Of a stretch of DNA of 64,000 bases, positions 21,984 to 36,700 are shown one piece after another. Both the position numbers and the translations under genes were made by a program. Source of the stretch: Ylistrum balloti (taxonomy: Eukaryota); assembly GCF_031769215.1 (NCBI RefSeq), contig NW_026782435.1, positions 1 through 64,000 of the forward strand, read 5' to 3'. The number at the start of each line of letters is the position of its first letter. The first letter of the stretch is position 1. Under the pieces are notes generated by a model. It saw only the letters and a program-made list of their open reading frames with translations, searched no databases and was not told the DNA's origin.

Positions 21984-24749
21984 GGGATTTTCCGGTCTGT
22001 TAACCGGAAGTTGGGAAGTGTGTTAATTAGCCTCCATCGACAGGTGCAAACCGGTTCCGAACGGTGAATTTAACGACAAATATCTCAAAAACTAAGCGAC
22101 AAATTTTGACCGGGTTTCCGATTTTTTTAATAAGAAAGGAAACATAATTAATATTAATTAATACTATACCGTAATCTAGGTACACTTTAATGTTTGTATG
22201 GCTTTTGGTGCAAATGTTTTTTTTAAATGTGTAATAGGTGTAATTTTAGTGGTATTTGTGATTAAGTAAAATATCTAGTAAAAAAAAGCTAAATAACTTT
22301 CAACCATGTAATAATTTTTTTTAAAAGGTACACAAATTAGATAAATTGTAAATTAGGCAGAAAATAAACCAAATAACTCGCTTCGTTTAAATATGTAGTT
22401 CATTGATTCACATCAAGTTGGTAAACATTAAAAAGTAATATACTCACTGCGGTCTCTTTAGATAATTTGTGTATAAAAGTAGATAAATCATTTACATCCA
22501 GTCAGTAAGCCTTCAGTAATTAATACTACAAAGGGAAACTGTGAATAATTAACAACCAATACAAACCCTTCCAGACATATCTACTTTGTTTGTAAATAAG
22601 CACTGTAATTACGATACAACCAGAGAATAAATTCCAAACCATTCATTGATGATGTAAGTGTATGCCTATAAACTCCATGAATAACTTATACGAAGTCAAT
22701 ATTAATATTTTGATAATTTTTGACACTTGCTAAATAATTTGTATTACAATTACGCCATCATAAGGATCCTCTGATTCTCTAAAAATAACTTACAACATCA
22801 ATTTTGTGAACGTTAAATTAGCATGATAGAGTTTAGTTCATGATTATGTTCTTCTGTATCTAATTCTATTTTTTTTCTTTTGTTTGGATTTGTTTTGGTT
22901 TTGCAATAAAACGAGATAACGTTTTTCCTCCTTTTATGAATACGTTTCATTTTTCAACTAAAGGAATGTGGCCATATTAAGGATTTATTCGGTTTTACAA
23001 TATATAATGAAGGATCATACAGAGAGGAATAATGATTGCATAATAAACGCATAAAGCTTGTGACATGATCCTGTTCAATTTACAGTATTGTTGAGCTCGA
23101 CGAAGATTAAATAGACTAGGAATTTGTTCTGTAGCGTATAAGTATTCATATAAGACATTGGGGAGAAAGATCTGTCAGTTTACCTATCATTCCCATTGAC
23201 GTATGTTCTTTTTTTAGATAAAAGATAGACAAATGCATATTTTCAATGTGTATACTTTCGTCTTGTCATCATTAATTGTAATTTGGTGTTTAGTATATAA
23301 AAATCACATTCAACTTTACGCTACTTTTCTGAGAAAAAACTATGCATCGATAGCAAATCTTTTCTCGAAAATTTTCAGCATTGTGATGTCTTATGAAGTG
23401 GCCCAGGATAACGGGGGATTATAATCATGAATAAAATTACAGGTATTCTTATTGTTGTAAATTTATAGAAATCTTGTTTTAGTTTTTCTGTGCAAAATAT
23501 GTTGTTAAACGAGTTGGAAAAGAAACATTGTTACACTTCATGTTGTTAATAACCAAGTTCTGTCGTTTCAATATAATTTTTACGATGTTTTAAGAAAGGG
23601 TACTAATTAAACAGCATGACAGGTGTTTATTAATAATGAGGACGATGTTGTAAGGATTTAAACTTTATTATCGATATCACCAACACTTTATGTCCATAAA
23701 GGAATGTAAGGAAAATTGGAAATAATGAATGAAAGACGTTCTCATTTATATGTAATAGTTGTTGGACATTAGCAATATCTTCAGTTCTACTCTCGCTCAC
23801 GTGTTTTCAATCAATATCACGTTTCACTTATAATATGTCATTCCTCACTTCCGTCGGCCCAGTTGTTCAAAGTACGATTAATTGGTTAGACTTATCTCGT
23901 CAATGTATATATTGTATTTCAAAGTTAAAACAAAAACAAGAAACACGGGATATTAATTAGATTGGTGCAAAGTATCAAGGTGGAACATTGTTTAACCAGC
24001 GCAATTAAAACAATATTTTACGAGTCAAGTTTGACTTACTTAAATTATCAATGTCGAATGAAGGTTCGCACATGAATGTATATAATGTATGTTTATAAGG
24101 AGTCGCGAAAGCTAGGTTAGAGTTATTGTTACACATTTCACTGACTGATTGATGAAATGTATGTGCTGTTCTAATATGTATATGTAATTTGTTTCATTGA
24201 TTTTAAAACTGAGAAACCGATTCCGATGTGAGTGGTTTCACATTTTGTACTATATAGACATTCCCAACAGCAGCAATAGACTGCATAGATCTCTAAATAT
24301 ACATCAACTAACGATTCACGCAGTCGAACGATGTAAGGTTATCCAGAATAGAGAAAAAGTACACACTCATTCTATCGCAACAAAGTAGAATTCATATGGT
24401 TTATATCTCGCCACAGAAACAACAGTTACATATATAAACAGTGATAGTGACAAATGGAAGACGTGCCAAGTAATCAGCCATAAAAGAAAGACCAATTATC
24501 GAAGGACAAATAGATTGCATTAACTGAAATGGGTATAGTAGGGACTTTGCTTATGGTAATCAAGTGATTCAAGTGTAGTCACTGAAATGATCTTTCAGAC
24601 ACCTGACAAATGTTAATTGGTCATGTTCTATGTACACAGGAAGACAAGGGTCGTTGTATAAAGTTTATACTTCCACTATTTACATATTTACAGTCTTTTT
24701 GATTGCCACAAATTGTCAAGTTGCATAAATGATTTTGATTTTCAAAATC

Positions 24750-27700
24750 TCACGAAATTTCAATTTTCGGTATATCAAACGTCATTTTTCTCGTCCTTGG
24801 TGCTTGTGCACTATCGGGAAATAATGAATCAGGAGACTTCGGAGCTGTGGCGTCTCCTTTAAACGTCATTTCCGGCGAGGATGGAGACAGTGTAGAATCT
24901 GTTGAAAGTAGTGTGTCATTGCTTGGACGGCGTTCTCGTAAACTATCACATGATAACGCGAGGTCTCCAACTGTTACTTCCGATGTCGACCTGTTTGAAA
25001 ATGCGTCATGACTGAGCGAAGACAGGAAGCTTATGGCTATGGATGTCTTTCTAAAGGCTCGTCCATACATACTATCACTATGCTCCCCAGCTGAAATATG
25101 GGACTCCGTTGGAGACACTGCCCGCCCGGTCGCCAAGGCATCCTGGTATTTGGTCTGTAGACTACAGAACAAAGAAGAAATATAGAACTATACTATACCT
25201 ATTCTAATCCTAATACATCGTAGATGATTTGTTTGTTGCGTAAGTCTTTGAAACAGAATAAAAACATGTCAAACACTTCATGTTCGGAAAAGGGCATACA
25301 AGATATTGATCTTTTCACAACATTCAATAGAAAGCTAATCTTGTTGGTGTATTAAGTCTGGTATTGCTTTAGAGAGAGGATAAATTTTACTGATGATTAT
25401 CAAAACACTAGCATACTCACTCTAACATTTCCTGTGGGAGCGGTCTGTTGTAACGCCTTTTCCCAATCAGCCAGTATGTCTTCTGTAGGCCTTTACCCTG
25501 AATGACAATAACCGCATCCACATTACAATGTATCTCAACACTGAAGGTGGTAGACAATGCTGGTGAACATTGATCTCAGAGGTTTACCATAACCTTCATT
25601 CCATCTTTTAATTCATTTGAATAGTGTGGAAGTGAAGAATGTATACACTCATTTGAGATTCTTTTAAAATCAAGCAATATTGAAATTTATGAAATTTATT
25701 GAATTGTGCGAGCACCTCTCCATATGACATTTTACATTCCTTTCAACCAATTCTGATTTTCATCAGTCGCATGAAAGCTTTCAAAAATTTAGGTCTTTAA
25801 CGTCATTGAAATACCGTAGAAGGAAGAAACAGCTTTATGATGCAATTTCTTCATTATTTGACTATACTACATATAACTTAAAATTTACATAGAAAAGTGT
25901 TTTCCTCTTGTGTCTGTCCTACAATCTCTTTATATAAATGTATAATATAAATTGCCAATTTGAAATTTTATAAACACGTACTTGACTTTGAAAATCTCGA
26001 TTTAAAAAAAAATGTCCAGGTGTTGTTTTTTCTTTCGATTACTTTCGATTTTCCTCAGTCGACGCCTAGGCTTCAAAGTTAAGGCCCTGGGCATCACTGA
26101 CAAGTCTTAGATGATGTATGATGCAGTATCTAACTCTTAATTTATATTTGAAGGTGTAATTTTCTTGTGTCTTTTGAATAATCTTCTAGAGTATTGATTA
26201 AATCAAACGACGCCTTTCCTGTTTTATGAATGAGCATCGACATTTTCACTGACCTTGACCTCAATGATTCCTCTCTCTATGGTGATGAAACCCCACTTCA
26301 AATCCTCCAGAACCTTGTTCATAGATGAACTGATGTGGATATGCAGAGCTACAAGAGAACATAAAATTGTTTGGTAGTTAACTCTATGATATATGTATTT
26401 ACAACAAGACGTCCACGCACGCGGATATGTTAACCGTGTCTGAACTTTTGGATGAGAGTTAATATTTGATTTGATGACGTTTACGTATGATATACACTGG
26501 TATGTTGATACACTCTCCACTATAGGATATATATCTTATATAAACTGTGTGCGACATACACTCACAAACACATGTAGTTATTGATAATGAATGAAACATC
26601 CGACATCTTCAATCTTCACGTAGAGGACACAACAATGATACACAAGTTCTGATTTCACGAGCCCCCGTAGTGACACCCAGTGTTCCTCTTTTGCATTTAC
26701 ACTCATACTTAACCATTGAAATCTTGTTAGATATAGTCAAACTTTCGAGGTTGTTGCAATGATACCAATCATCGCGTCAAGTGATAGTCTGTCAATTGCT
26801 ATTACTTAAAAAATTCCTACCTTTTCCTGTTGACTCCATCCTTGATGCCATGTTTACAGTGTCCCCAAAGAGGCAATATCTTGGCATAATGGAACCCACC
26901 ACCCCTGCAGCACACCCGCCGGTGTGCAATCCTATCCGTAACTGCAATTTTCCCTCTGGCATGTGTCGGATCTGGAAGTTAGTCACCGCACTAAGTAGGT
27001 CTAGTGCCATGTTGGCGATTTCTCCTGCGTGTCGTCTTCCGTTCTTTCTAGGAAGGCCGCTTACACACATGTACGCGTCCCCAATAGTCTCTACCTTTAT
27101 TGAATCAAATAGAGTTAGAGGTTATTTATGTTTTAAATAAATGGCAAGTTTGGAAACGTGATAAAACACCGCAACCTACCACTGGGGGAACTTCTCTTTA
27201 ACTCGATCGGTTGAGCGTCAGAGTAGCAAACCGGACGTCCCGAATTCGAATGCAAGCGGAAACATTAAGATATATAATAATATTTGTTACCCTGCGGATC
27301 CTTTTAGTCAAACTATACATTTTCTACTAGTCTTATCACATTTGTCCGGGACAGACGAAATACTTAAACGGGGTCTTCGAGTTAGAAGAGTTCGGGATAA
27401 GGAGATTCGACTGCATTTTTTCAGAGTACCTATATTTGCATATTGAAATGTCTTTTGTGGAACCTACCTTATAAACATCGTGCATTGCAATGATACCATC
27501 AAACGTAGTATAAAGATCATTGAGAAGGTCAACAACCTGAAAAAAAATTACAAGCTAAAACATGTTGACACACTCTGCATTTACATTGAAGTAAAAAAAA
27601 ACATCTTTAGACAATATGTATACAAGTGTTACTGCAGATAGCAACATCTTTTGACAATATGTATTCAAGTGTTACTGTAGATCGCACCTGTAACGGTTCA

Positions 27701-30700
27701 CTGCTGCTTGCAATGGTTGTGAAGCCCACAATATCGGAAAAAAAGATGGACACGTCATCAAATGTCTCCGGGCGGACAGACTCTCCCCTCTTCAGTTGCT
27801 CGGCTACCATTCTGAAACATCGAATGTGCACAGTATTTTAATTGACAAAGCGTAAAAACCTAATTAAGCGTATACCAAAAGTACATGGACTTCTTCCTTG
27901 TTTGAAATTAATTGATTTGATTAGTGAAATATAACGAAGGAGTACCACCCCAAGTGGAATTACGCTATACTTAACGTACGGTGGAAGCATATTGTAAAGA
28001 AGTTTGTCCGTCTTCTGCTTTTCCAGGGCCAGTTCCTCGGTTCGGCTTGTGACCAGCTCCTCTAGATTATTGCTGTAAGCCTCCAACAAGTGGATCATGT
28101 TATCCATGATATTCATCTTCCTGCATTATATATCACAGTATCAGCATACAAGGACAACATGGAACAAATGCTTATATGCTGAACAGTTAAGCAAAACAGT
28201 GACGCTTTAGCATTATCGAAACGATAAAGTAAAAAGGTATTACATAAACATACTTTCCCCCATTTAAATCTATGAGCCTCTTTCTGACATGCTGGAAGTC
28301 CGGTCTACTTTCCGGGTGTTCGTGCCAACACAGCGTCATCAGACTTACGGCTTTGTCTGGCAGATTGCTGTCATCGGGAATATTAGGTCGATATGGAGGC
28401 GTTTCATTATAACGAACCCTGTTTACAATTTCTGAAATAATAAATTATATATCTAACTCTAATATTGAGAAGAAATGAGGTGTTCGATGAACAGAACTTT
28501 CACAAACGGTAGTCCTCTGATGGATATTTTAACATTTTTACTTAAAAAGTTTTACTTAACAAAATACTTCCTGAAAGTCAGTATTAAAACATTGCAATGG
28601 ACGAGGACAAAACCAGACTTGCATGTCGATAAAAGACATATATACACTTTTAAAGTGATGTCGTATACGACGCTACCTTTTGGCTTAGAAGCCCGATTGT
28701 AGAAGTATGGCGACACTCTCAGGAATACCTCCTGTAGTATGATGCCATAGCTAAACACATCTCCTTTCTGTGAGCCTTTTGGCGGTCGCTTCTGTAATCG
28801 TAGCAACTCTGGCGATGTCCACAGCAATTCTGTAATAGTATTGATAACAAAGCTTTTAAAAATATATCTATTGTGTTCTGACGGGTCAATTAACATTCGG
28901 TGAATGTTTCTTTGAAAAACTGAATCTTTGTTGCAAATGTATACCTGCCTATGCATCCGTTTAAAAGAGACTTAACTATTAATTGTGGTGCGGTGCTTAC
29001 TGTTATAGTACTCTGATTCGCCCTCCTCCTGGTCTGGTTCCTCTGGCTGGTTGGTAATTGCGCCATAGTCTGTGATCTTTAGTACCCACCGACTGTCAAT
29101 CACACAATTGGTCGACTTTAGGTTGCCATGTGATCTTAGTGGACTCTTGTGAAGGAACTCCATACCCTACATGTATATACAACAACACAAATTAGCAGAA
29201 TTGCCACATTTGGGAGAGACGTTTGTATCAGTAGCATGGAAACTGGACGTACTTAAGGGATATGTTCTTTAAAATTAGTTTTCAATCCTTTGTGAAACCG
29301 TTGTATATACGTTGTACCTATTTGAATGAACAGCGCGCCGTAACAGATCAATTCAGTGAGAAGAACAATGATTGACTGTAGTGTTTTATATCGTTGTAAC
29401 ATCGTATAAGAAGCGTTGCCTTACCTTTGCTAAATCTAAAGAGAAAGACATTTTGAACATCCAGTCGACCTTTATATCATCGTTTTCCAGTACGTCCTTG
29501 AAAATTAAGGGTACATATAATGAATATCAGTGCAAATCTATAATTTCAATTAGCAATTTAAGACAATGTACAAAAACATTGTCTGAAATAAACGACGTCC
29601 AGAAGATATATTGTAGAAGTGTTTAATATAAACAATGTTCTAGGATTTTCATTTACAATGAAAAAAAATAGTGTAGAGCAAAATACAGGCCAAGCAATGA
29701 AAATGTTATTCACGGAGTGTGATACCGATATATGTTATATGATATCACAGCTGTTCCTTACCTGGAGACTGCCCTTGGAACAATACCGTGTAAGTATATA
29801 GGTGTTCTGTGCCTCGAGGCTAGCACCAACAAAAGCATTAAGGTTGTCGTGTTGTAACTCCCGTAGCTGTGGGGCATTAACGAAAGTTTGCGTCAAAGAC
29901 ATGTTAAGGTCTCCACAAGGATTCAATTGAATGCCATCGCAATATCAATACCAATGGCAGTAGTTGAGTTCATCGGTGTTGATCGTGAGAATAATACGTG
30001 TAAAGAAAAGCCAATTGCTAAAAGACAACCTGTCTATAAAATCAACCTGTCAATAATGACCACTTGAACATGTCAAAAAAGCCAATTGCTATTAATAGTA
30101 ATCTGGTAATATATATTACTAGTGTAAACGTTCACCTGTAAATAGTGTACATATATATACAGTGTATACACGGTTGTTTGTTTTAATCTGTATTCAGATG
30201 TCATTACATGGATGGTTGTTATTTTTATATTTTTTCGCGGTTTGAATCAATTTTCGAAAATATAGAAAATAAACTATTACCTGTCAATAAATCATCACTG
30301 TCTATAAACACCCAGTACATATAGGGATATCTAGTACTGTATGGCACCTCTAAATAAACCCCTACTGTCTATAGGAATATGTCTTAACGATCACTGAGAT
30401 CAGTTTCTATAAAGGGTTTATAACTAAAAGATATACTTGTACTCACAGTTTTCAGATCGCGCAGCACATCCCGACTCAACCTGATAGATCTACGTTGTAT
30501 GTTTTTCACCGCTACCACTGATCCCTTCAGATTGCAAACAACAATACAGAATGTCATCAATGCAAATATATATCTATTAATTTTACAATGAACGTTGATG
30601 ATGATGTGTGACTTAGCATGGAGATCCTAACACATTGATATATTGTGTAATTTCTAAATAGATACTAACACGGTATAGTTGAAGTATTGTGCCACTTCAC

Positions 30701-33700
30701 TATGACAGTGATCTCAACACTTTTTACATAAGGGTATCGGAATACAGTCAGCTATTTACCTTATAGTTTCCTATTGGTGCATACAGAAGATTTTTGTCCA
30801 AACTGCAAGATGATCCGAAGCCCAGGGTACCTCTTGTTTCCTGCAAATTTATGCCACACAAAAACATCACGCTTTGAAACGGTGTAGTATCTAATTGTGC
30901 TAAACTTTTAGTCGGATTTTTCATAAAACGACAGAAGATATCTCTCACGAAACAAATACACGGATCATATAACTAAATGTTCTGGAAGTTTTTTTTTCTA
31001 TTTTTTAAGACACCTGCCAAGTAAATATATGTTGACCAAGCAATTTCCGATTCTAAATATGAGATCCTGGCACGAATACCTCAGAATCATGATTCTGCCA
31101 TGTTTGTACATCTTACCATTCGCACGAGCTTTTTCTTGTGCTGGACTTCCGGTTCACCATTGGAGGGGGCAGTTGTGCCATTACCAGGACGGGCCTTCCG
31201 CATTTTGACGTCATTTTCGTTTACTTTCCATAACATCCCCATGAGTTCTTTTTCGAATCTCTTTTTCCTAGATGAAAGTGAAATACAATTATTTGGTATT
31301 GTCTGACAGCGGGGCCTCCATTTCGTCAGAGGATGGTACTAATTCAAATTAGCTTTGTATACGTATCGAATATAATCCCAAGAGGAAATGTAGTAATCTA
31401 ATATTACAATTGACAGCATGAATGACATTTTAAGAGGGTGTGATATTGTAATACCTAAAATCATTGTAAAACGACAACCTATTTGTTGATTTCAGGAATT
31501 ATCAGAATAAGAGTGTAACATTTAACACATCTGATATGTTGCGTTACTGTACATATTCATTAGGGACAATAGACGAGATGGAGGACTCACATAAAACCAC
31601 ACAGCAGACAGTATTTTACAATGAAAACGCCAGCTTTCTAGCTGTTAGAGAGAACACTGTACAGGCTGCTGCACGCAACAAACGTTCTCTGCTGCAAAAT
31701 GAGTTCTTTCAACATTTTATTGATATTGCTAAAATGTTCAAGGTTACCGCGTTTCTTTGAAGATATTTCTTTTATGTAGATAGGAAGTAATTTTCTGTAT
31801 AGAATGCTTGTCTGTAAAAATTAATTGTATTTCACTGCAATGGTTGTCTAAGCAATATTTTTGTAACTTTATCACTATCTTCAAGATTCATTCTGATAGT
31901 AGAAGCATGCTTGTATTTCTAGGATACTTACAGACATTTTACACAAACTAGTTAAACTTAAATAAATGCAATCTGCTTTGATCAGTTCCAAGAAAAATGA
32001 CGCACGGTGACACATGCAAGACTGTTGTATCACATAATGTTCAATTCTTCTTTGGTAGAGTTTGATTGTAAAAACGAATTGGTTAAACTATTAAATATAA
32101 AGATATGTGGTTTTTACTATGGTTGAATTCGCCAGACAGCAAGGGTTAGTAAAACAAATGTGATCAGTTTTAGGGTTTCCATAAAATCAGCAATATTGTT
32201 GTGTCCTTTGTGTACGTCCAAAACTGTTTGAATACCTCCTAAACTGATTGAATACGTCCAAAACTGGTTGAATACGTCCAAAACGTATTGAATACGTCAA
32301 ATACTTATTGAATACGTCAAATACTTATTGAATACGTCCAAAACTGGTTGAATACGTTTAAAACTTTAATTCACCTGTAAAGGACGAAAAGGAAAAGAAT
32401 TGCTCCAATGATAAGAACTGTTCCTGTACACACACCTGCGACAATAGCAGCCGTATTATCTGAGAAAAAAAATAAACAAAAAACAGTTTAACATCAACAT
32501 ATTGTTATACTGTTAAATATTTTCCAGAATGATTGCATGTGATAATCACACGATATAAATATTGACATCAAAGAATCAAATACATAGAATACATACAAGA
32601 TATATACTTTTGGTGTCGTATATATAGTGTCCATCGCATTGCGCAGTCCTTGAGACAGAAACTTAAAAATCATGTGAATAAAAACATATAAATTGTGTAT
32701 ATCGATGATTGACTAAACAGCTGTATGAAACACGTTGGTTTATTTTTGGCTCGTCTTTATGTTATTATAAATTTGTATCAAAATGTGTAATTGACTTGTG
32801 TATCTTTTTTACAATGGCTGAAATTGTAAATTTTAACCACGAATGATAAACTAAATATCAAGTTGAAATGATTGATATGATACATTGTAAATAAAACGGA
32901 AGACATGGACCTTTATCACTAGGACATCACATGCAGTACTTCACCGATTTATCTAACAAAACACAGACAGAGTAAACAATCTATTGTTTCAAATGGGATA
33001 TATGATATAATTTGTTACATAATAACGATAAAATCAGTAGTTTCTGTGTAAATATTTTATTTGTTATTTGATTAGGAAGGTGTTATGTCTATTAGAAATT
33101 AGAGGAAGAGTTATAAGAGAATTTACTGTAGTATATATTCATGTACAAAAGATCATTAATTTACTTCCTCATCAACAAGCAATCATTTCAAACGTGAAAA
33201 TGTCACATCCTTACAGACTGCTGAAAACGAAAGAGAAATCAGAAAACCACCAGGGTCCTGTTCATGAAACCGTTCTCACGCTCAAGCATGAATTTTGTGC
33301 CCAAGACTTATGTCTTGTTTAAGTTAAAAATGAATAAATAAGACTGATTTTGCCAAAGATTTTTACAAAATTTAAAGGACTTCAAGTCAAAGTTATATTC
33401 CATGCTTATATTTGACATTTGTATTATTTTTTATGATTTAGGTGAATAATAAAAACGTTTGCTAGTGCACAAAATCTATGCTTGTGCATGAGAATGGTTC
33501 ATGAATACGGGCCCAGAAGAATGTTGTTGGTTATCGACGTAAGCTATTCGAATACTCTGCTGTTAAGGAACTTCCACGAAATTCACTACACACACATAAA
33601 GATTTAGACAACAGTTTACATGCTAAAACGTTTGTTCCCATGCCACTTACCTTGCATGTTTGGTATTGAGTCATAACCTCCACGAGTTTGTCCTTATACT

Positions 33701-36700
33701 CACGATTCATTCATTACCAATTAACATGTATCTATTATATAATGGTCTACATTATAGAGAGCTGACGAAACCCGTATGATTCCTGAATGTATATTCCATT
33801 GAGTGAGTTGAGCTCAAATGAATCGGCCAATGAAATGAATTTAACCTTTCGTGACCTATCATGGAGATGCTTAGTTATAAAAAGACCCTGTGCCTTACCT
33901 TGGGGAGTAACTGATCACAAACTGGAATACCAACATACTACATGTTATAAAACAGGAATACCAACATACTACGTGTTATACAAACAGGAATACCAACATA
34001 CTACGTGTTATAAACAAGAATACCAACATACTACATGTTATAAAACAGGAATACCATCATACTACGTGTTATAAACATGAATACCAACATACTACATGTT
34101 ATACAAACAGGAATATCAACATACTACATGTTATACAAACAGGAATACCAACATACTACATGTTATACAAACAGGAATACCAACATACTACATGTTATTA
34201 AACAGGAATACCATCATACTACGTGTTATAAACAGGAATACCAACATACTACATGTTATACAAACAGAAATACCAACATACTACATGTTATACAAACAGA
34301 AATACCAACATACTATATGTTATACAAACAGGAATACCAACATACTACATGTTATACAAACAGAAATACCAACATACTACATGTTATAAAACAGGAATAC
34401 CATCATACTACATGTTATACAAACAGAAATACCAACATACTACATGTTATACAAACAGAAATACCAACATACTACATGTTAGACTTCCATGCAGATGTAA
34501 AGTAATTAACAAAAATATTAATAACCAAACAGGAGCAGATATTATACTGTCTTCTATTTGTATTATGTTAAATTTATTTGTGTCTAGGTATGAGTCTCTA
34601 AATATCAGATGGTTATGCAAAGATCATGGTTGATCATGTCTGCCTCCCGATTCGACAAAAACATCAAGAAAATACCAACATGGCGACATTATCATAATTC
34701 AAACTCAAATAAAACTAGGGCAAATAGGAAGAAAAGAAAGAATGAACATTGAGACACCTAAAACAGTACAAGGATAATAAGACCAGGTGTTCCGGAAGTG
34801 TATAAGCGTCTTCCACTTCATCGACGACACCCGCCATGTAAACCTTAGTCAATCCAAGTAAGTAATGTTACGCTCTCAAATGAGGACAAGGTGTATAACA
34901 ACGGAACCAACAGACAAACTAATGAGCATCAAATACGATACGTCCAGCTTCATGTCGTACAAAGAAATAAAACATTTCAATGAGATCACCTTGGCGACCA
35001 TAAACGTCGTTCGGAAGTTTAAGTAAAGTCCTTGGAGACGAATGTCCTTTATTTGATCTTCCGAATTGGACTAGAATCCTCTTGGCATTTATTCTCATGC
35101 CTACATAGACTAGAGAGAATACACCCTGCTGGTAATAGTCATTTGCTACTAAAATGGAAAGGTGTAATGCTTACGGACGGCAAATAATCTCCAAATTTGG
35201 ACGGTAGTTATTCTGCCAGATGATCGACCAATATCTCTAAGACTGTATTGGTATCCCACTGAAGGATGACTTAGTTGCTTTTTGTGTAGGAAAATGGGTG
35301 GTCAGGATATCAATGTGTATCTACAGTCCCTGTGTTCACGACTTTGCATCATAATGTATCATAACTTTACCCTGTTCATTTATAGGCTGGGCCCTGTAAT
35401 ACTGTCCTAGAATTCAGGAACGTAATAATTCAACATCATTCTGCAAAATCCTAAAATAGATTATTTTAAACATTCAAATCGCTATTGTCGATGAAAAAAT
35501 CACCTCTGACTTGAATATCGACGTGGATTTCCATCCTTTACCAGTAATTCGATTTTATCAGGAAAAAATCAAGCCTGGAATTGTGTTTTATGAACACTGC
35601 ACCGATTCGATTTATGCCAAGCTAGGGCGTATTTACAGTGATGTCTCTATATAAGGTGTAACCTGGCTACGTTTTACGACGAGGTTTCCTGCAGGCCTGT
35701 GCGTACTGGTACTACCGGTACTAACGACCCGGACTTATGTACATCATTATATAGACTTAAACTAAGAAACTGGTAAAAGGGTTGCCACAGTAACGGGGTT
35801 ATGTGTCTCGTGAAAACACAATCAGTGTAAAGACTGAGATTAATGACAATTCAAACCTTATTAGCAGCGTACCTGATTGCATCGTTTTAAATGAGAACAA
35901 ATCCATACACTCATGTTGTAGAATAATCATTACTTTGCTAATGTCAACAATCCATCGGTTTTGTGAATGGTGGCCTAGCGGGAACGTTGTAGCTATCCCG
36001 GCTCTCACTTTGAAAACTTGACCAACTGTATAAGGATTTGACCTAGCGTCACCTTAATGTTTCCATTGGTAGGCGTGAATTTATACTCAATTTCCCTTTC
36101 AATCGTTCTTTTGGTTATACTTTGACCCGGTTCGTTGGTGTTAAGACTCCTATTCAACCCATATCATAATACCATAACCGTATATATAGCTACTACAAAG
36201 TTTGGTGTAAGACTGAAATTATATTAATTAGTATTCTGCTCATTAAAGGGCAACAACCTCATTATTCTGGAATGCATCTAATGGATGGCTGACTGGAACT
36301 TTCTTTAGAGTGAACTGGGACCTTGTGATTATCTAAAAACACGTCCTGATCAATAAAATATCCATGTTGATATCAATGTGGAAATTAAACATCCCAAAAG
36401 GTTGAAATTATACATACATATTTAGAAACATACACATAAAGGTTGAAAGCCAGACTGACATTCCAAAATGTGTTTGCGAAAGTAGACAATAACCAATCAG
36501 AATCAAAGCGAATAGAGGGCGAGACAAACTAAAACAATGAAATAAACAATACAGAACAAAGTATAGATACATTACCCAAGTCCATATATAGATCTTACAC
36601 ATGCGTCTTGAAATCGATGTAGCGTCAAACTGACAAATAATTGACGTCTCGACGGATGTCTCTTGTTTGAAAAAATTCGAAACCTTTGCAATTATATTTT

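Larger units (their letters stand above)
15133..22186 (+). mobile_element. Kolobok-type DNA transposon, element 2 (left end missing; right end ...GGTACACT|TTAA)
   Basis: Same gene pair and layout as element 1. The right subterminal region carries the same motif order. Candidate terminus YY at 22185-22186 is followed by TTAA (22187-22190); the exact end is inferred. Confidence 0.7.

Noticed and set aside
7184-22186. KolobokP-style long terminal direct repeats
   Set aside because: The 7200-7600 and 14900-15130 regions are inverted, not direct, matches, and the two THAP exons are only distantly similar.
27600-27690. Two-copy duplication of about 43 bp next to a cyclase donor site
   Set aside because: Intronic slippage product; the duplicate has no exon sequence attached and does not alter the gene model.
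33787-34633. Overlapping ORFs with [10 protein letters not shown] / YYMLY repeats
   Set aside because: Translations of a 30-32-bp minisatellite.
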